NCBI RefSeq assembly: GCF_009914755.1
Contig: NC_060931.1
DNA from: the human T2T-CHM13v2.0 reference genome, Homo sapiens
DNA length: 64,000 bases
Direction: 5' to 3' (one strand)
The stretch's first letter is position 1; each line of letters begins with the position of its first letter. Under the pieces are notes generated by a model. The model did not search any database and was not told where the DNA came from. It saw only the letters and a list, made by a program, of their open reading frames with translations. This document shows positions 26,958 to 37,780 of this stretch, in pieces. Position numbers and translations under genes: made by a program.

Positions 26958-27642
26958 ATGGAGGAGAATGACCCCAAGCCTGGCGAAGCAGCGGCGGCGG
27001 TGGAGGGACAGCGGCAGCCGGAATCCAGCCCCGGCGGCGGCTCGGGCGGCGGCGGCGGTAGCAGCCCGGGCGAAGCGGACACCGGGCGCCGGCGGGCTCT
27101 GATGCTGCCCGCGGTCCTGCAGGCGCCCGGCAACCACCAGCACCCGCACCGCATCACCAACTTCTTCATCGACAACATCCTGCGGCCCGAGTTCGGCCGG
27201 CGAAAGGACGCGGGGACCTGCTGTGCGGGCGCGGGAGGAGGAAGGGGCGGCGGAGCCGGCGGCGAAGGCGGCGCGAGCGGTGCGGAGGGAGGCGGCGGCG
27301 CGGGCGGCTCGGAGCAGCTCTTGGGCTCGGGCTCCCGAGAGCCCCGGCAGAACCCGCCATGTGCGCCCGGCGCGGGCGGGCCGCTCCCAGCCGCCGGCAG
27401 CGACTCTCCGGGTGACGGGGAAGGCGGCTCCAAGACGCTCTCGCTGCACGGTGGCGCCAAGAAAGGCGGCGACCCCGGCGGCCCCCTGGACGGGTCGCTC
27501 AAGGCCCGCGGCTTGGGCGGCGGCGACCTGTCGGTGAGCTCGGACTCGGACAGCTCGCAAGCCGGCGCCAACCTGGGCGCGCAGCCCATGCTCTGGCCGG
27601 CGTGGGTCTACTGTACGCGCTACTCGGACCGGCCTTCTTCAG
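26958..27642 (+). CDS. EN2: EN2 coding exon 1 (aa 1-228 plus 1 nt), with EH1 Groucho-binding motif and EH2 Pbx-interaction motif
   Basis: ATG at 26958 (aacagcATGg) reads MEENDPKPGE...HRITNFFIDNILRPEFG (EH1)...MLWPAWVYCTRYSDRPSS (EH2). Donor CAG|GTGAGC at 27642/27643; 685 nt, phase 1. Confidence 0.99.
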
Positions 27643-30600
27643 GTGAGCCCGCGGGGACCACGCGTCCCGGCTCGCCGCGGGGAGGCCCGCGGAGCTGGGG
27701 GGCGGTGCTGGCGCGGGAACTTACCGGGAGGAAAACATCTCGAACCTCCCCCGCGCACACGCACAAAGACTCACGCGACATTGTGTGAAGCTGACGCCGG
27801 CCCGGGCAGCGGCCAGGAGTCCAGCGGCAGGACTGATTCGCTAGGGGGTACAGACTTCTTAGGACCGCAGAAGGGACCTTCTTTCTTTCTCTGTCTCTCT
27901 CTCTCCTTCCTCTCTCCCTGTCTCCCCTCTCTGTCTTCCACCCCGCCTTGGCGCATCTCTTCCCAGCCCCTAGCCCATGTCTCCCCCACTGTAGTTTTTT
28001 TTGGTGGGAACGTGGTGGCTGGAAGATGGGCCCGGAAGTGCACACTCTCATCCCCTTCCCTACGATCTTCCAACTCAGGCCAGGCCGGGGACGCATGCCC
28101 CAGCCCACCCCAGACTTGTCCTACCATCCGGTTATCCCGGCTGTGCTCGGGGAAGAAAAGGCGAGGCCCTTTGCCGCTCTGCCTTCTGCCCCTCGGGCCT
28201 GCGCTGACCGGTGGGACTCAGGAGGATGCACACAGGGAAGGAGGAAAATAAAGGCGCCCTTTCCCCTTGGCTCCACTTTGTTTGCCAGCGCCAGCCCGCA
28301 GTGGTGGGGCTCAGCCCCCTTCCTGCACACAGCGAGGACAAGGGAGGCAGCCGTCCCTCCCGGCACCTGCCATCCCCAAATAGAAAGGACCTTCTCTCAG
28401 GGTTTCCTGGGGGCTGCTGATGGGAAAGAGGCAGCATTCGCAGGGGCCCTGCAGAGATGCTGGATATATTTTTTCATAGATCTGCGATTTTAAAAAACTA
28501 AGTCCATGTCCTTGTAGAAATCATCAACTGCATTCCATGCGGGTCTGCGGCTGGGAACCGCCATTAGAAGTGGACTGTTTGACCCCGAGCTGGCAGCGGA
28601 TCCCCGCTGCCCCCAAACCCTCAACTATTTTGCGGGGGTCATTTGCCCAGATCACAGCAGGAGTGAGCCAACCCTTGGGCCGCCATCCCGCAGAACTATG
28701 CGTGCATATTTCTGATGAAATTCAGATTTCTCAGCTAGATCTGAAATTTGCTCCATTGTTCTCGTCTTCCTCCTTTGTTAATATTTAATTAACATACAGG
28801 CTCACAATGCCGGGCGAGGAGACTCGGCCGGGCTTTGTGCGGCGCGGGAGTTCGCTGAGCCAGCCCCCAACGGCCCGGGAGCTGGGCAGCACCGCCCGGC
28901 CCGGCCTGGCCCGGCCCAGCTCAGCCCAGCCCAAGTCGCCTATCTTCATGGGCTTTAAAATATCCCTGCAAGATAATGTTTCTGTTCTTTGGTTTCTCCG
29001 AAAGAAAGGGGAGAGAGAGTTTTCTTGGGGAGGTTTGATTCTGTTTCTGAGACTCCTAAGTATTTGTCTTTTGAAAGAAAATCAAGAAAAAAACCTAAAA
29101 ATTATTATTTTAGGGAAATTTATTGCCATAAAATGGTGTCCTTTTGCGGGCTGCTTCATGAGTGCATTAACAAGAGCCCCAGGACCAGAAGAGTTTGGGG
29201 GTAGAGTTCTGGGGAAGGGAGTGGTTGGAAACCCAGACAGAGATGGGCTCTGGGAGCAGGAGGCTGGGGCCTCTCCTGGAGCCTTGTGCCCCATCCCCCA
29301 CCACCGTTCCGGAGGGCCAACCCCATCTCCAAATCTGCACCTACCCCTACCAAAGCCAGGCCCACTGGCCTGGAGCCCTGGGCGTGAGCAAGACAGGCAC
29401 TGAGTGTGTACGTGTGCATGGGGTGGGTGCCCAAGTATAGGGTGTGTGCTCTCATGGGTGGTGAGCCTGCCTATGGGTTGCTTTAAAAGCTGCCCTTGGT
29501 GCTCCTGAGGTGGTGCCCACAGATCCTCTTTCTCCAGGCCTGTCTCCTGGAGAGAGCACAAGGCTCACTTGGCCATGAGGGAGTGCTTGGCATTCACCCT
29601 GGGCCTCCAGTTCGTCCCCCACCTCTTGCTGGGCACAGCCCCAGCACCCTAGTTGACTCTCCTGACCTGGGCAGGGTGCAGTCCCAGGGCCTCCAAGGAG
29701 ATCCACATTCCTCTTCTCCTCAGTGTGCCCGGCAGCTCTCCGGCCCTGAAGGGTGGGGGGCCCCCAGCCTTCTCCAGCCACAGGGACCTGTGATGAAGCT
29801 GGGGCCAGATGCTCCCTAAAGCCGAATCATACACCGCACAAATTGAAACCCAGAGGCGAGGTCACCACTCCCTGCCAATGGCCTTGCCCCCTTCTTCCCC
29901 CACAGGGAACGCCAGGGGGTTGAGCCTCTTATCACCAAAAAGAAACTGATGACACTTCCCTCCTTCTGCTCTCCTCCCTCTGCCCTTTCCCCATGGATAG
30001 CAGGTCCTAGAAGCCTTACAGCGACCCTGCCCAAAACCTGGGGCAGGTCCACAGGGAGAAGGCCAGGTCAGGTTCATAAGTCTGAATCCCAGTTGGGAGG
30101 CACAGTGGGGAGGGTCAGAAGTGGACCTGGACAAGGTCAGCTGGGCTACCCTGCTGCCCACAGTGAAGCAGTCCCATGTCTGGGGAAAGGGTGGTGCAGT
30201 CAACACCCTTGTAGAGCCAGGTCCCCTCTCCTGGACAGGAAACCTGGGAGATTTCCAGTGGGTGAAGGACTCACCCACTGTGAGTAGCTCAGTGCCCCTC
30301 CCCACCAAGGAGGGAAGTACATGCACTGACTCTTCCTTAAAGGAATGAACTTGGGTCCACAGAGCCCTTGGCTGGGAGTCATAGAGGAGCTTGGGTGGAG
30401 GCAGACACTCTGGGCCCCTCCTGTCCTCAGGGCCCACCTGCCCCTGATTCCCACAGCCCTTGGCACCCTGTGGGGTATCCCCATGAGGGTCCCCATCATA
30501 GCCCTCAGGGCGCCTCCTGCTTCTGTGACCGCCCTGCAGCCTTTCCCAGTCTTCTCTCCTCCCCCCTCTCTCAGCACCTACCGCCATCCCTGTTCCTGAA

Positions 30601-30950
30601 CAGAGAGCCTCAGAAAGGACTAGGAAAAACCAGGCCAGAAAGTGTGGGGAGTTTTGCTTACATCCAGGAGTTTTACTTTTATCTAGAGACCCCTCATTTG
30701 TGGTCAGCCTGCCCACTAGGCCTGCCCCATAGTCCCACTTACATCACACGCAGTCCTCCCTCACCAAGTGGTGGAGGTCCGTGTTGAGCCCATGCCCAGT
30801 CCGAAGTCTAGCCCCACATCTGGCGGTTCAGCCTCGAGTGGCCTTGGGCGAGTCACTTCCCTCTTGGGGCCCCAGAATCCTTACCCGGTGCCTATTGGGT
30901 GGCACACCTCTGGGTAACCTGACTTCTCTCTGTCCACCGTATCTACCCAG
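27643..30950 (+). other. EN2: EN2 single intron (3308 bp, GT-AG)
   Basis: GTGAG...CCCAG boundaries; joining restores the conserved SSGPR junction of engrailed proteins. Confidence 0.98.
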
Positions 30951-31267
30951 GTCCCAGGTCTCGAAAACCAAAGAAGAAGAACCCGAACAAAGAGGACAAG
31001 CGGCCGCGCACGGCCTTTACCGCCGAGCAGCTGCAGAGGCTCAAGGCCGAGTTCCAGACCAACAGGTACCTGACGGAGCAGCGGCGCCAGAGCCTGGCGC
31101 AGGAGCTGAGCCTCAACGAGTCACAGATCAAGATTTGGTTCCAGAACAAGCGCGCCAAGATCAAGAAGGCCACGGGCAACAAGAACACGCTGGCCGTGCA
31201 CCTCATGGCACAGGGCCTGTACAACCACTCCACCACAGCCAAGGAGGGCAAGTCGGACAGCGAGTAG
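30951..31267 (+). CDS. EN2: EN2 coding exon 2: EH3, engrailed-class homeodomain and EH5
   Basis: Polypyrimidine tract then CAG acceptor at 30948-30950. Spliced frame reads [105 protein letters not shown]. 685+317=1002 nt = 333 aa plus TAG. The ORF track misses this frame because it lacks a long start-initiated ORF. Confidence 0.99.
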
Positions 31268-31949
31268 GGCGGGGGGCATGGAGGCCAGGTCTCAGTCCGC
31301 GCTAAACAATGCAATAATTTAAAATCATAAAGGGCCAGTGTATAAAGATTATACCAGCATTAATAGTGAAAATATTGTGTATTAGCTAAGGTTCTGAAAT
31401 ATTCTATGTATATATCATTTACAGGTGGTATAAAATCCAAAATATCTGACTATAAAATATTTTTTTGAGTTTTTTGTGTTTATGAGATTATGCTAATTTT
31501 ATGGGTTTTTTTCTTTTTTGCGAAGGGGGCTGCTTAGGGTTTCACCTTTTTTTAATCCCCTAAGCTCCATTATATGACATTGGACACTTTTTTATTATTC
31601 CAAAAGAAGAAAAAATTAAAACAACTTGCTGAAGTCCAAAGATTTTTTATTGCTGCATTTCACACAACTGTGAACCGAATAAATAGCTCCTATTTGGTCT
31701 ATGACTTCTGCCACTTTGTTTGTGTTGGCTTGGTGAGGACAGCAGGAGGGGCCCACACCTCAAGCCTGGACCAGCCACCTCAAGGCCTTGGGGAGCTTAG
31801 GGGACCTGGTGGGAGAGAGGGGACTTCCAGGGTCCTTGGGCCAGTTCTGGGATTTGGCCCTGGGAAGCAGCCCAGCGTACCCCAGGCCTGCTCTGGGAAG
31901 TCGGCTCCATGCTCACCAGCAGCCGCCCAGGCCCGCAGCCTCACCCGGC

Positions 31950-32105
31950 TCCCTCTCCTCACCCTCCTGCACCTAACTCCCTCCTCCTTCTCCTTTTTCC
32001 TCCTCTTCCTCCTTCCTCCTTCCTCCTGCTCCTCCTTTCTTCTTCTTTTTCTTCTCCTCCTCCTCCTTCCTTCCTCCTCCTCCTTCTCTTTCCTCCTCCT
32101 CCTCA
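31950..32105. repeat. CT-rich (CCT/CTT) low-complexity tract in the EN2 3'UTR
   Basis: About 150 nt, almost purely pyrimidine. Confidence 0.9.
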
Positions 32106-32575
32106 CCAAGGGCCCAACCGTGTGCATACATCGTCTGCGTCTGTGGTCTGTGTCGCTGTCCCCAGTCCCACCGCAGTCCTGCCGCAGGCCTAACCCTCCT
32201 GCCCTGGGCACTGCCTCCATGCAGAAGCGCTTCGAGGTTCTGGGGCTAAAGGCCTGGGGTGTGTGGCCTAAAGCCCAAGAGCGGTGGGGCGACCCTCCTT
32301 TTGGCTTGGCCCCAGGAATTTCCTGTGACTCCACCAGCCATCATGGGTGCCAGCCAGGGTCCCAGAAATGAGGCCATGGCTCACTGTTTCTGGGCGGGCA
32401 GAAGGCTCTGTAGAGGGAGATGGCATCATCTATCTTCCTTTCCTTTTTCTTTTCTTCCCTAATTTTTTCTTTTTTTCCTTTATTTTTTTCTTTTCTTGGA
32501 GTGGCTGCTTCTGCTATAGAGAACATTCTTCCAAGATAAATATGTGTGTTTACACATATGTCTGCATGCATGTGA

Positions 32576-32601
32576 ACACACACACACACACACACACACA
32601 C
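32576..32601. repeat. (AC)13 microsatellite in the EN2 3'UTR
   Basis: Perfect dinucleotide run. Confidence 0.95.
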
Positions 32602-33383
32602 CAGGCGTGTTTGAGTCCACAGTTCTGAAACATGTGGCTACCTTGTCTTTCAAAAGAACTCAGAATCCTCCAGGATCTAGAAGAAGGAAGAAAGTGTGTA
32701 AATAATCATTTCTTATCATCACTTTTTGTCTTTTCTTGTTTTTTAAAATATACATTTTATTTTTGAAGGTGTGGTACAGTGTAAATTAAATATATTCAAT
32801 ATATTTCCCACCAAGTACCTATATATGTATATAAACAAACACATTATCTATATATAACGCCACACTGTCTTCTGTTTAGTGTATGGGGAAAGACCAATCC
32901 AACTGTCCATCTGTGGCTGGGACAGCCCAGGGGGTGTGCCCACGGCTGACCCAGGGGTGTGCACACGGCTGAGCTGGGAGTCCCGCTGGTCTCCCTGAGG
33001 ACTGAGGGTGAACTTCGCTCTTTGCCTTAAACCTCTTTATTTCATTGCAGTAATAGTTTTACGTTGTACATAATAGTGTAAACCTTTTTAAAAAGGAAAG
33101 TATAAAAACAAAAGTTGTAATTTAAAAGTCTGAATAACCATCTGCTGCTTAGGAAACTCAATGAAATGACATGCCTTTTTAGCAGGAAGCAAAGTTGGTT
33201 TCTGTTTTTTGTTTTCTTTGTTGTTTTAGTTTATAAAACATGTGCATTTTACAGTTCCAGTATCAAATATTTATAATCTTATGAGAAATGAATGAATGTT
33301 TCTATTTACAACTGTGCTTATCAAAATTGTGAACACCCCCACCCCCGCATTTTTGTGTGTTGAAATTCTTGAAGGTTACATTA

Positions 33384-33389
33384 AATAAA
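33384..33389 (+). terminator. Distal polyadenylation signal AATAAA of EN2
   Basis: Canonical hexamer at the end of the AU-rich UTR block. Confidence 0.75.
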
Positions 33390-34049
33390 ACAAAATCTCT
33401 TTATTATAAAATACTGAAGGTCCCAGGTGGAATGATGAGTTTTCTAAGCATGTCTGAGTCCAGAGGAACTGCCTGGGCATCCTCCCCAGTACTCAGGTGC
33501 TCATGGCCTTCGCCCCGCCTGGGAGCAGGTGCCAGGTGCCTTTGTAGCGAGAGGTGATTATTATTTTTTTTTAAATAAGACAGTTTGGATATGTCACATG
33601 TGAGCACAGAATAACCAAAAGAAGTACACATTTTGTTACCAGGAGGAAGTGTTCAAAACTACGGTGCTATTCCAGTGACTACATTTTTTTAAATTTTGCG
33701 AAGTTCAACAGGTCTCCCTCCGGCTGGGTGCTCACTGGCCCTGCCACCCGTGCTGGACCGAGGCGCTTTCCCCTGGGGACAGGAACTTTTTACTCCACTG
33801 AGACAAAGAGACTCTCCTTTTCAAAGTGTCATTTTTGTTTACCTTTTGTTGTTTCCCCCCCAAAACAAAAGACTTTGTACAACTTCCTAAGCAGGATTGG
33901 GGGAGGGATCAGCTTCGCCTGTGCTGACCGCGCCTCTGGATTCCGCTCATCAGGAAGTGTTTGGGGTCTTTGAGCGAGTGATCTACGCGTTGAATTGCTG
34001 TTTTTCCAAACTTTCATGGCTTAAAAATTTTTTTTCTTCTCCCTGTAAA

Positions 34050-37000
34050 AGAAACTCAGAGACTGGTGATCTGTTACCGAAGACGACTTTTTAGGCGTTT
34101 TCTGTTTCCCCAGGCAGCTGGGCCGTTGGCGTTCCCAGGCGGAAGCGGGGCCTCTGGGCTGGGCCTCTGCCCTGCCAGGAAGCGGTCTGGGGGCTGCCCC
34201 TCGGGATTTTCAGAACCCTGGAAGGAGAGAGCTGGGGTCTCACCGCGGAGACTCCCGAGTTCTCGTTGCCTGGGCCCGAGCTGCGCCCCAGGGTCATCGC
34301 TGATGGCGCGAGACCACGCATTCCCCGCGAACCCCGACTTCTGAACAGTTCAGAAAGTTCGTAGATTAAAAACCAAACAAAAAATACTGGCACAACTTCT
34401 ATTGCCGTATTGGCCTCTCTCTTATTTTAATAAAAATACGGTAACATGAAGCGATCATTTTTTTAAAAATCTGTTTTCAAAGTATAACACTGAAAAGGGG
34501 CAAGGCACAGCTTTGTAAGGTAATGAGTTCCCCGTCCTCAGAGGTGTTCAAGCAGACGCTAGGCTTACAGTGGCATGGAGAGTGTTCTTTCTCTTTGGAA
34601 CTGGATGAGTCCTCAGACCCTTGAAACGCTGAGTTTTTTTTTTTTTTTTTACTCCTATGTTTATTACATTTTAATCCAACAGCATATAATCTAAGCTGCT
34701 CCCTCATGGAGAGCCGCGGCTGTGCCACCTGCCTGCTTTCGCCATGGAGACCGGAGTCAGGCCTGCAGGGAAGTCGGTGCGCCTTTCCCAAGTCCTCTGC
34801 CCGCTGGTTCCTCTCGGGCCTCCCGGGCTCTGCGTGCCGCGGATCTGGACCCGGACTGCAGACACCGCCCCACGACTGGGCCCCCGGCCAGACTGTTACC
34901 CCACAGGAGGAGGGTTCCCTAAGTGTGCAGAAGAGGAAAGCTCATTTATAAAGTCCTTGCTCCTTCGAGCTGAACGACCCCCGCGCCCGAGGCCTAGCTG
35001 TGTCCCCGCCGGGCCCAGGCTGAGCTTACTCCACACTGCTCCATAGCCGGGCAGAGACTCCGCGAGGGTCTGGGAGTCCTGGCCTCGGAGGACCCGCCGC
35101 CCTGCAGGCCTGCCCAAGCAGGCGCCCCCGCGAGAGTGCGGGACAGAGAGGGCCTGGCGGGGCTCCTTGGCGCTGAGAGCCCTCCTTCTCCGCTGCACCC
35201 AGCTCTGCCAACGGGGCTGGATGAGTGGGGGCTGGAGTCAGAATCCCAGGGTCTACACCCGCCGACAGCAGCAATGCCGACCCGCCCTGCCTTTCTCCTA
35301 AGGAGCGGAGGGAAGGAGCCATGTGAATGACCCCAGCCTGACCACCAAGAGGGCGCCAGCATTTCTGTTTTCCTAGAGTGAAAAGGTCAAATCGATGGGG
35401 GCTCCTACACCGCTGGACACAGGTGCGCCCGGGCGTCCAGTGCGCGCAACACACGCCCAGACACTCTATATGCAAATATGCCTGCCGCCGCGGAGCCGGC
35501 CGGGAGGCAGCGTTTGTTCGCTGGGGCTCTGCTAGAAGTCATTCTGTCTCCCGCTGGTTTAATATCCGCCCTCTGCGGTCTCCGCTCGCCTCGGCGGCTC
35601 CCCAAGCGCCCCCGGGAGGGTCCCGGCTCCGCCGAAAACTGCAGCCTGCCAGGCTGAGCCGCCGCGCGCTGGGAGGTTAATAGCGACTGACGACAAAGGG
35701 CCAAGGTGCAATTCCTAAAGCGGGGATTCGCCGGGTGAGGCAGAAATCAGCCTCCGGGGAGATGGGTCCCCCCTTCCCGACGCGCCCCTGCACACACTGC
35801 TGCCCCGGCGCCGGGCCTCCGGGCGGGGACCCCTCTTCCGGGCATCGCGGCCCCATTCGGCGGAGAGCTAGGCCCTCTCCAGGCCTCCAAGTAGGGAGCG
35901 GACGTGGGTGGTGGGGAAGGGAAGCCGCCGGCGGGACGGAGAGTGGGGTCCCCCGGACCCTGGGTCGGGCAGGCCTGGCGCTGGCAGCTCTGTTGCACAG
36001 ATTTGTGAGCGATGCTGGTGGCCTCATTGCCGCGCGGCGCGAACCCCAAGTAGACCATTCATGTTTTTATTAATAATCTCAAACACTTCATTATATTTAT
36101 GCTGCCTGCCCAGAGAAAATAAAAGGCCATTCTTGAAATCGCCTGAAATGTAATAATATTCATTAAAGCGCCTCCTAATTATGTGATTTAATCAAGCGTG
36201 GTGCGCCCGCGCTCTCGGCTCTCGCTGGAAAGGCTGGCGATGACGGTTATTATTACTGCTGTTGTTAGTGGCCTCGTGATAGCAGCCGGCCAGCTCTTCA
36301 GTCCAGGCCCAGTTTCCTCAGAGAGACTCGGGGAGCCCCACTTTGAGGGATGGGGTTCCCCGGAACGACTCCGAAGTCCCGGAGACCAGGCGCGGCCCAG
36401 GCCCTCTGCCCTTCTCCAGCCCCAGCCCCAGCCCCAGCCCCAGCCCCAGGCAAACTCTTCCAGGCCGAGGGCAGGACTTTCTCCAGACCCTTGGGGCCCT
36501 CTGTGTCCCCTGGGGACGCCCGACCCGGCTTTCTAGGAGGGGGAACTCCGGGTCCTGAGCCCGGGCCCCGCCCCGTTGGCTGTTCCGCCCCCTCCAGGGC
36601 TGAGCCCCGCGCAATGCCCGAAGCAGAAACAAAGAGTCGCCGAGATCTGCCTCCTGGGCCGCCTTTTCACCCCCTCAGCCTGGAAGGCGTCCCAGAGAGG
36701 CCCCACCCCCAGCCTCCACGGAGACCCAGGAGGGAAGAAGAGCCGGGACCCGGTAGCCCTGAGGGGCTGCCGGGCCTGCGGCGCTTTCTCCGCCGCAGAG
36801 GGGTTGGGTGGGAGACGCAGGCGGGAAGGACCCTGTCCCAGCCGAGAGTCCTCTGTGGGGTCGAGGAATGGTGAGGATCACTGTTTGCACCAACCGTCTG
36901 GAAGAAACCGGGCGGCCAGCCGCTCGACCCCATCTGTCGAGATGTGAAACTTGGCCGCGCGGTCCGGGCGCGCGCTGCCTGCGCGGAAGGAGCCGCCTCC

Positions 37001-37350
37001 CTCCTTTCAGCGAACGCATTCGGGGTTCCCCCCTCCCGCCAAGTCCTTTGTCTGGAAGGGGACTGGCAGGCTCTGTCGTCGCCGTGTGCCCCCCTCCTTT
37101 CCCCAGCCTCTACCCCCTCCAACTAACTTTCCTTTCTTCCCTTCTCTTTTCTTCCCTCTCTGGATGGGTAATCACAGGCTCCGCTGCCAAGCGCGCTGCG
37201 AGGAGCCGCTGCCCGTTCCCGTCGGTGCCCCTCCCCGCGGCAGCCTGGCCGAGTCCGCCCAGCCTGCCTGGGACGTCCCTGACCCGCGCGCTCAGTTTCA
37301 TTCAGTGGCCGTGGGATGTTGCATCTGAGTTCTTCCTTTAGGCCAAAACT
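34050..37350. promoter_or_regulatory. Downstream CpG island
   Basis: Dense CpG beginning ~0.7 kb after the EN2 polyA site; contains octamer ATGCAAAT at 35470-35477. Confidence 0.8.
36416..36449. repeat. (CCCCAG)5 hexamer repeat
   Basis: ccagccccagccccagccccagccccagccccag. Confidence 0.9.
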
Positions 37351-37529
37351 TTGTCCCGAGGTTTTTCTGAGAGGGTTTTATTCTCCAACAGCAACAACAA
37401 CATGCGAATTCTTAAAACTAGTATTTATTTCGATTCAGGCAGTCAGGGAAATGGCAGAATCACCAGCCGTTTGCAGAATTCTACGCTCGCCAAGGCAAGT
37501 ACTATTAGTATATTTTCTCCCAACGTTTT

Positions 37530-37780
37530 CGTTGTAAAATACACATGACAAAATTTGCCCTCTTAACCATTTTAAGTGTACACTTCAGTGGCATTAAATA
37601 AACCCACAGTGCTGTGCAACATCGCCACCATGCATTTCCAGAACTCGTTTTATATTGTAAAACTGAAGCTCTGTACCCATGAACACTACGTCCCCATCTC
37701 CCCACCCAGCCCCTGCCACCCACCATTCCACATTCCTTCTCTATAACTGACTGTTCTGAGTGCCTCATACAAAGCTCTTA
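37530..37780 (-). mobile_element. L1MB-type 3' fragment
   Basis: aaatttgccctcttaaccattttaagtgtacacttcagtggcattaa. Confidence 0.8.

Larger units (their letters stand above)
25450..28900. promoter_or_regulatory. CpG island covering the EN2 promoter, exon 1 and the 5' intron
   Basis: Very high GC and CpG density. E-boxes GTCACGTG (26023-26030) and CACGTG (26062-26067), inverted CCAAT (26050-26054), CRE-like GACGTCA (26086-26092), palindromic GGAAATTTCC (26165-26174), many GC boxes. Confidence 0.92.
31268..33411 (+). other. EN2: EN2 3'UTR (~2.1 kb)
   Basis: AU-rich blocks after the stop codon; ends about 20 nt after AATAAA at 33384-33389. Confidence 0.8.

Noticed and set aside
25722-27589. 612-aa and 308-aa antisense ORFs over EN2 exon 1 and promoter
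   Set aside because: Ala/Arg/Pro/Gly low-complexity shadow ORFs expected from extreme GC content and from the sense-strand codon pattern; no domain recognisable.
30781-31305. 174-aa ORF over exon 2
   Set aside because: Alternative frame of the homeobox exon with an intronic GTG start; the true frame is set by splicing.
31574-32371. 265-aa and 184-aa ORFs in the 3'UTR
   Set aside because: Products of the CT-rich low-complexity tract (poly-L/S/F on one strand, poly-R/E on the other).
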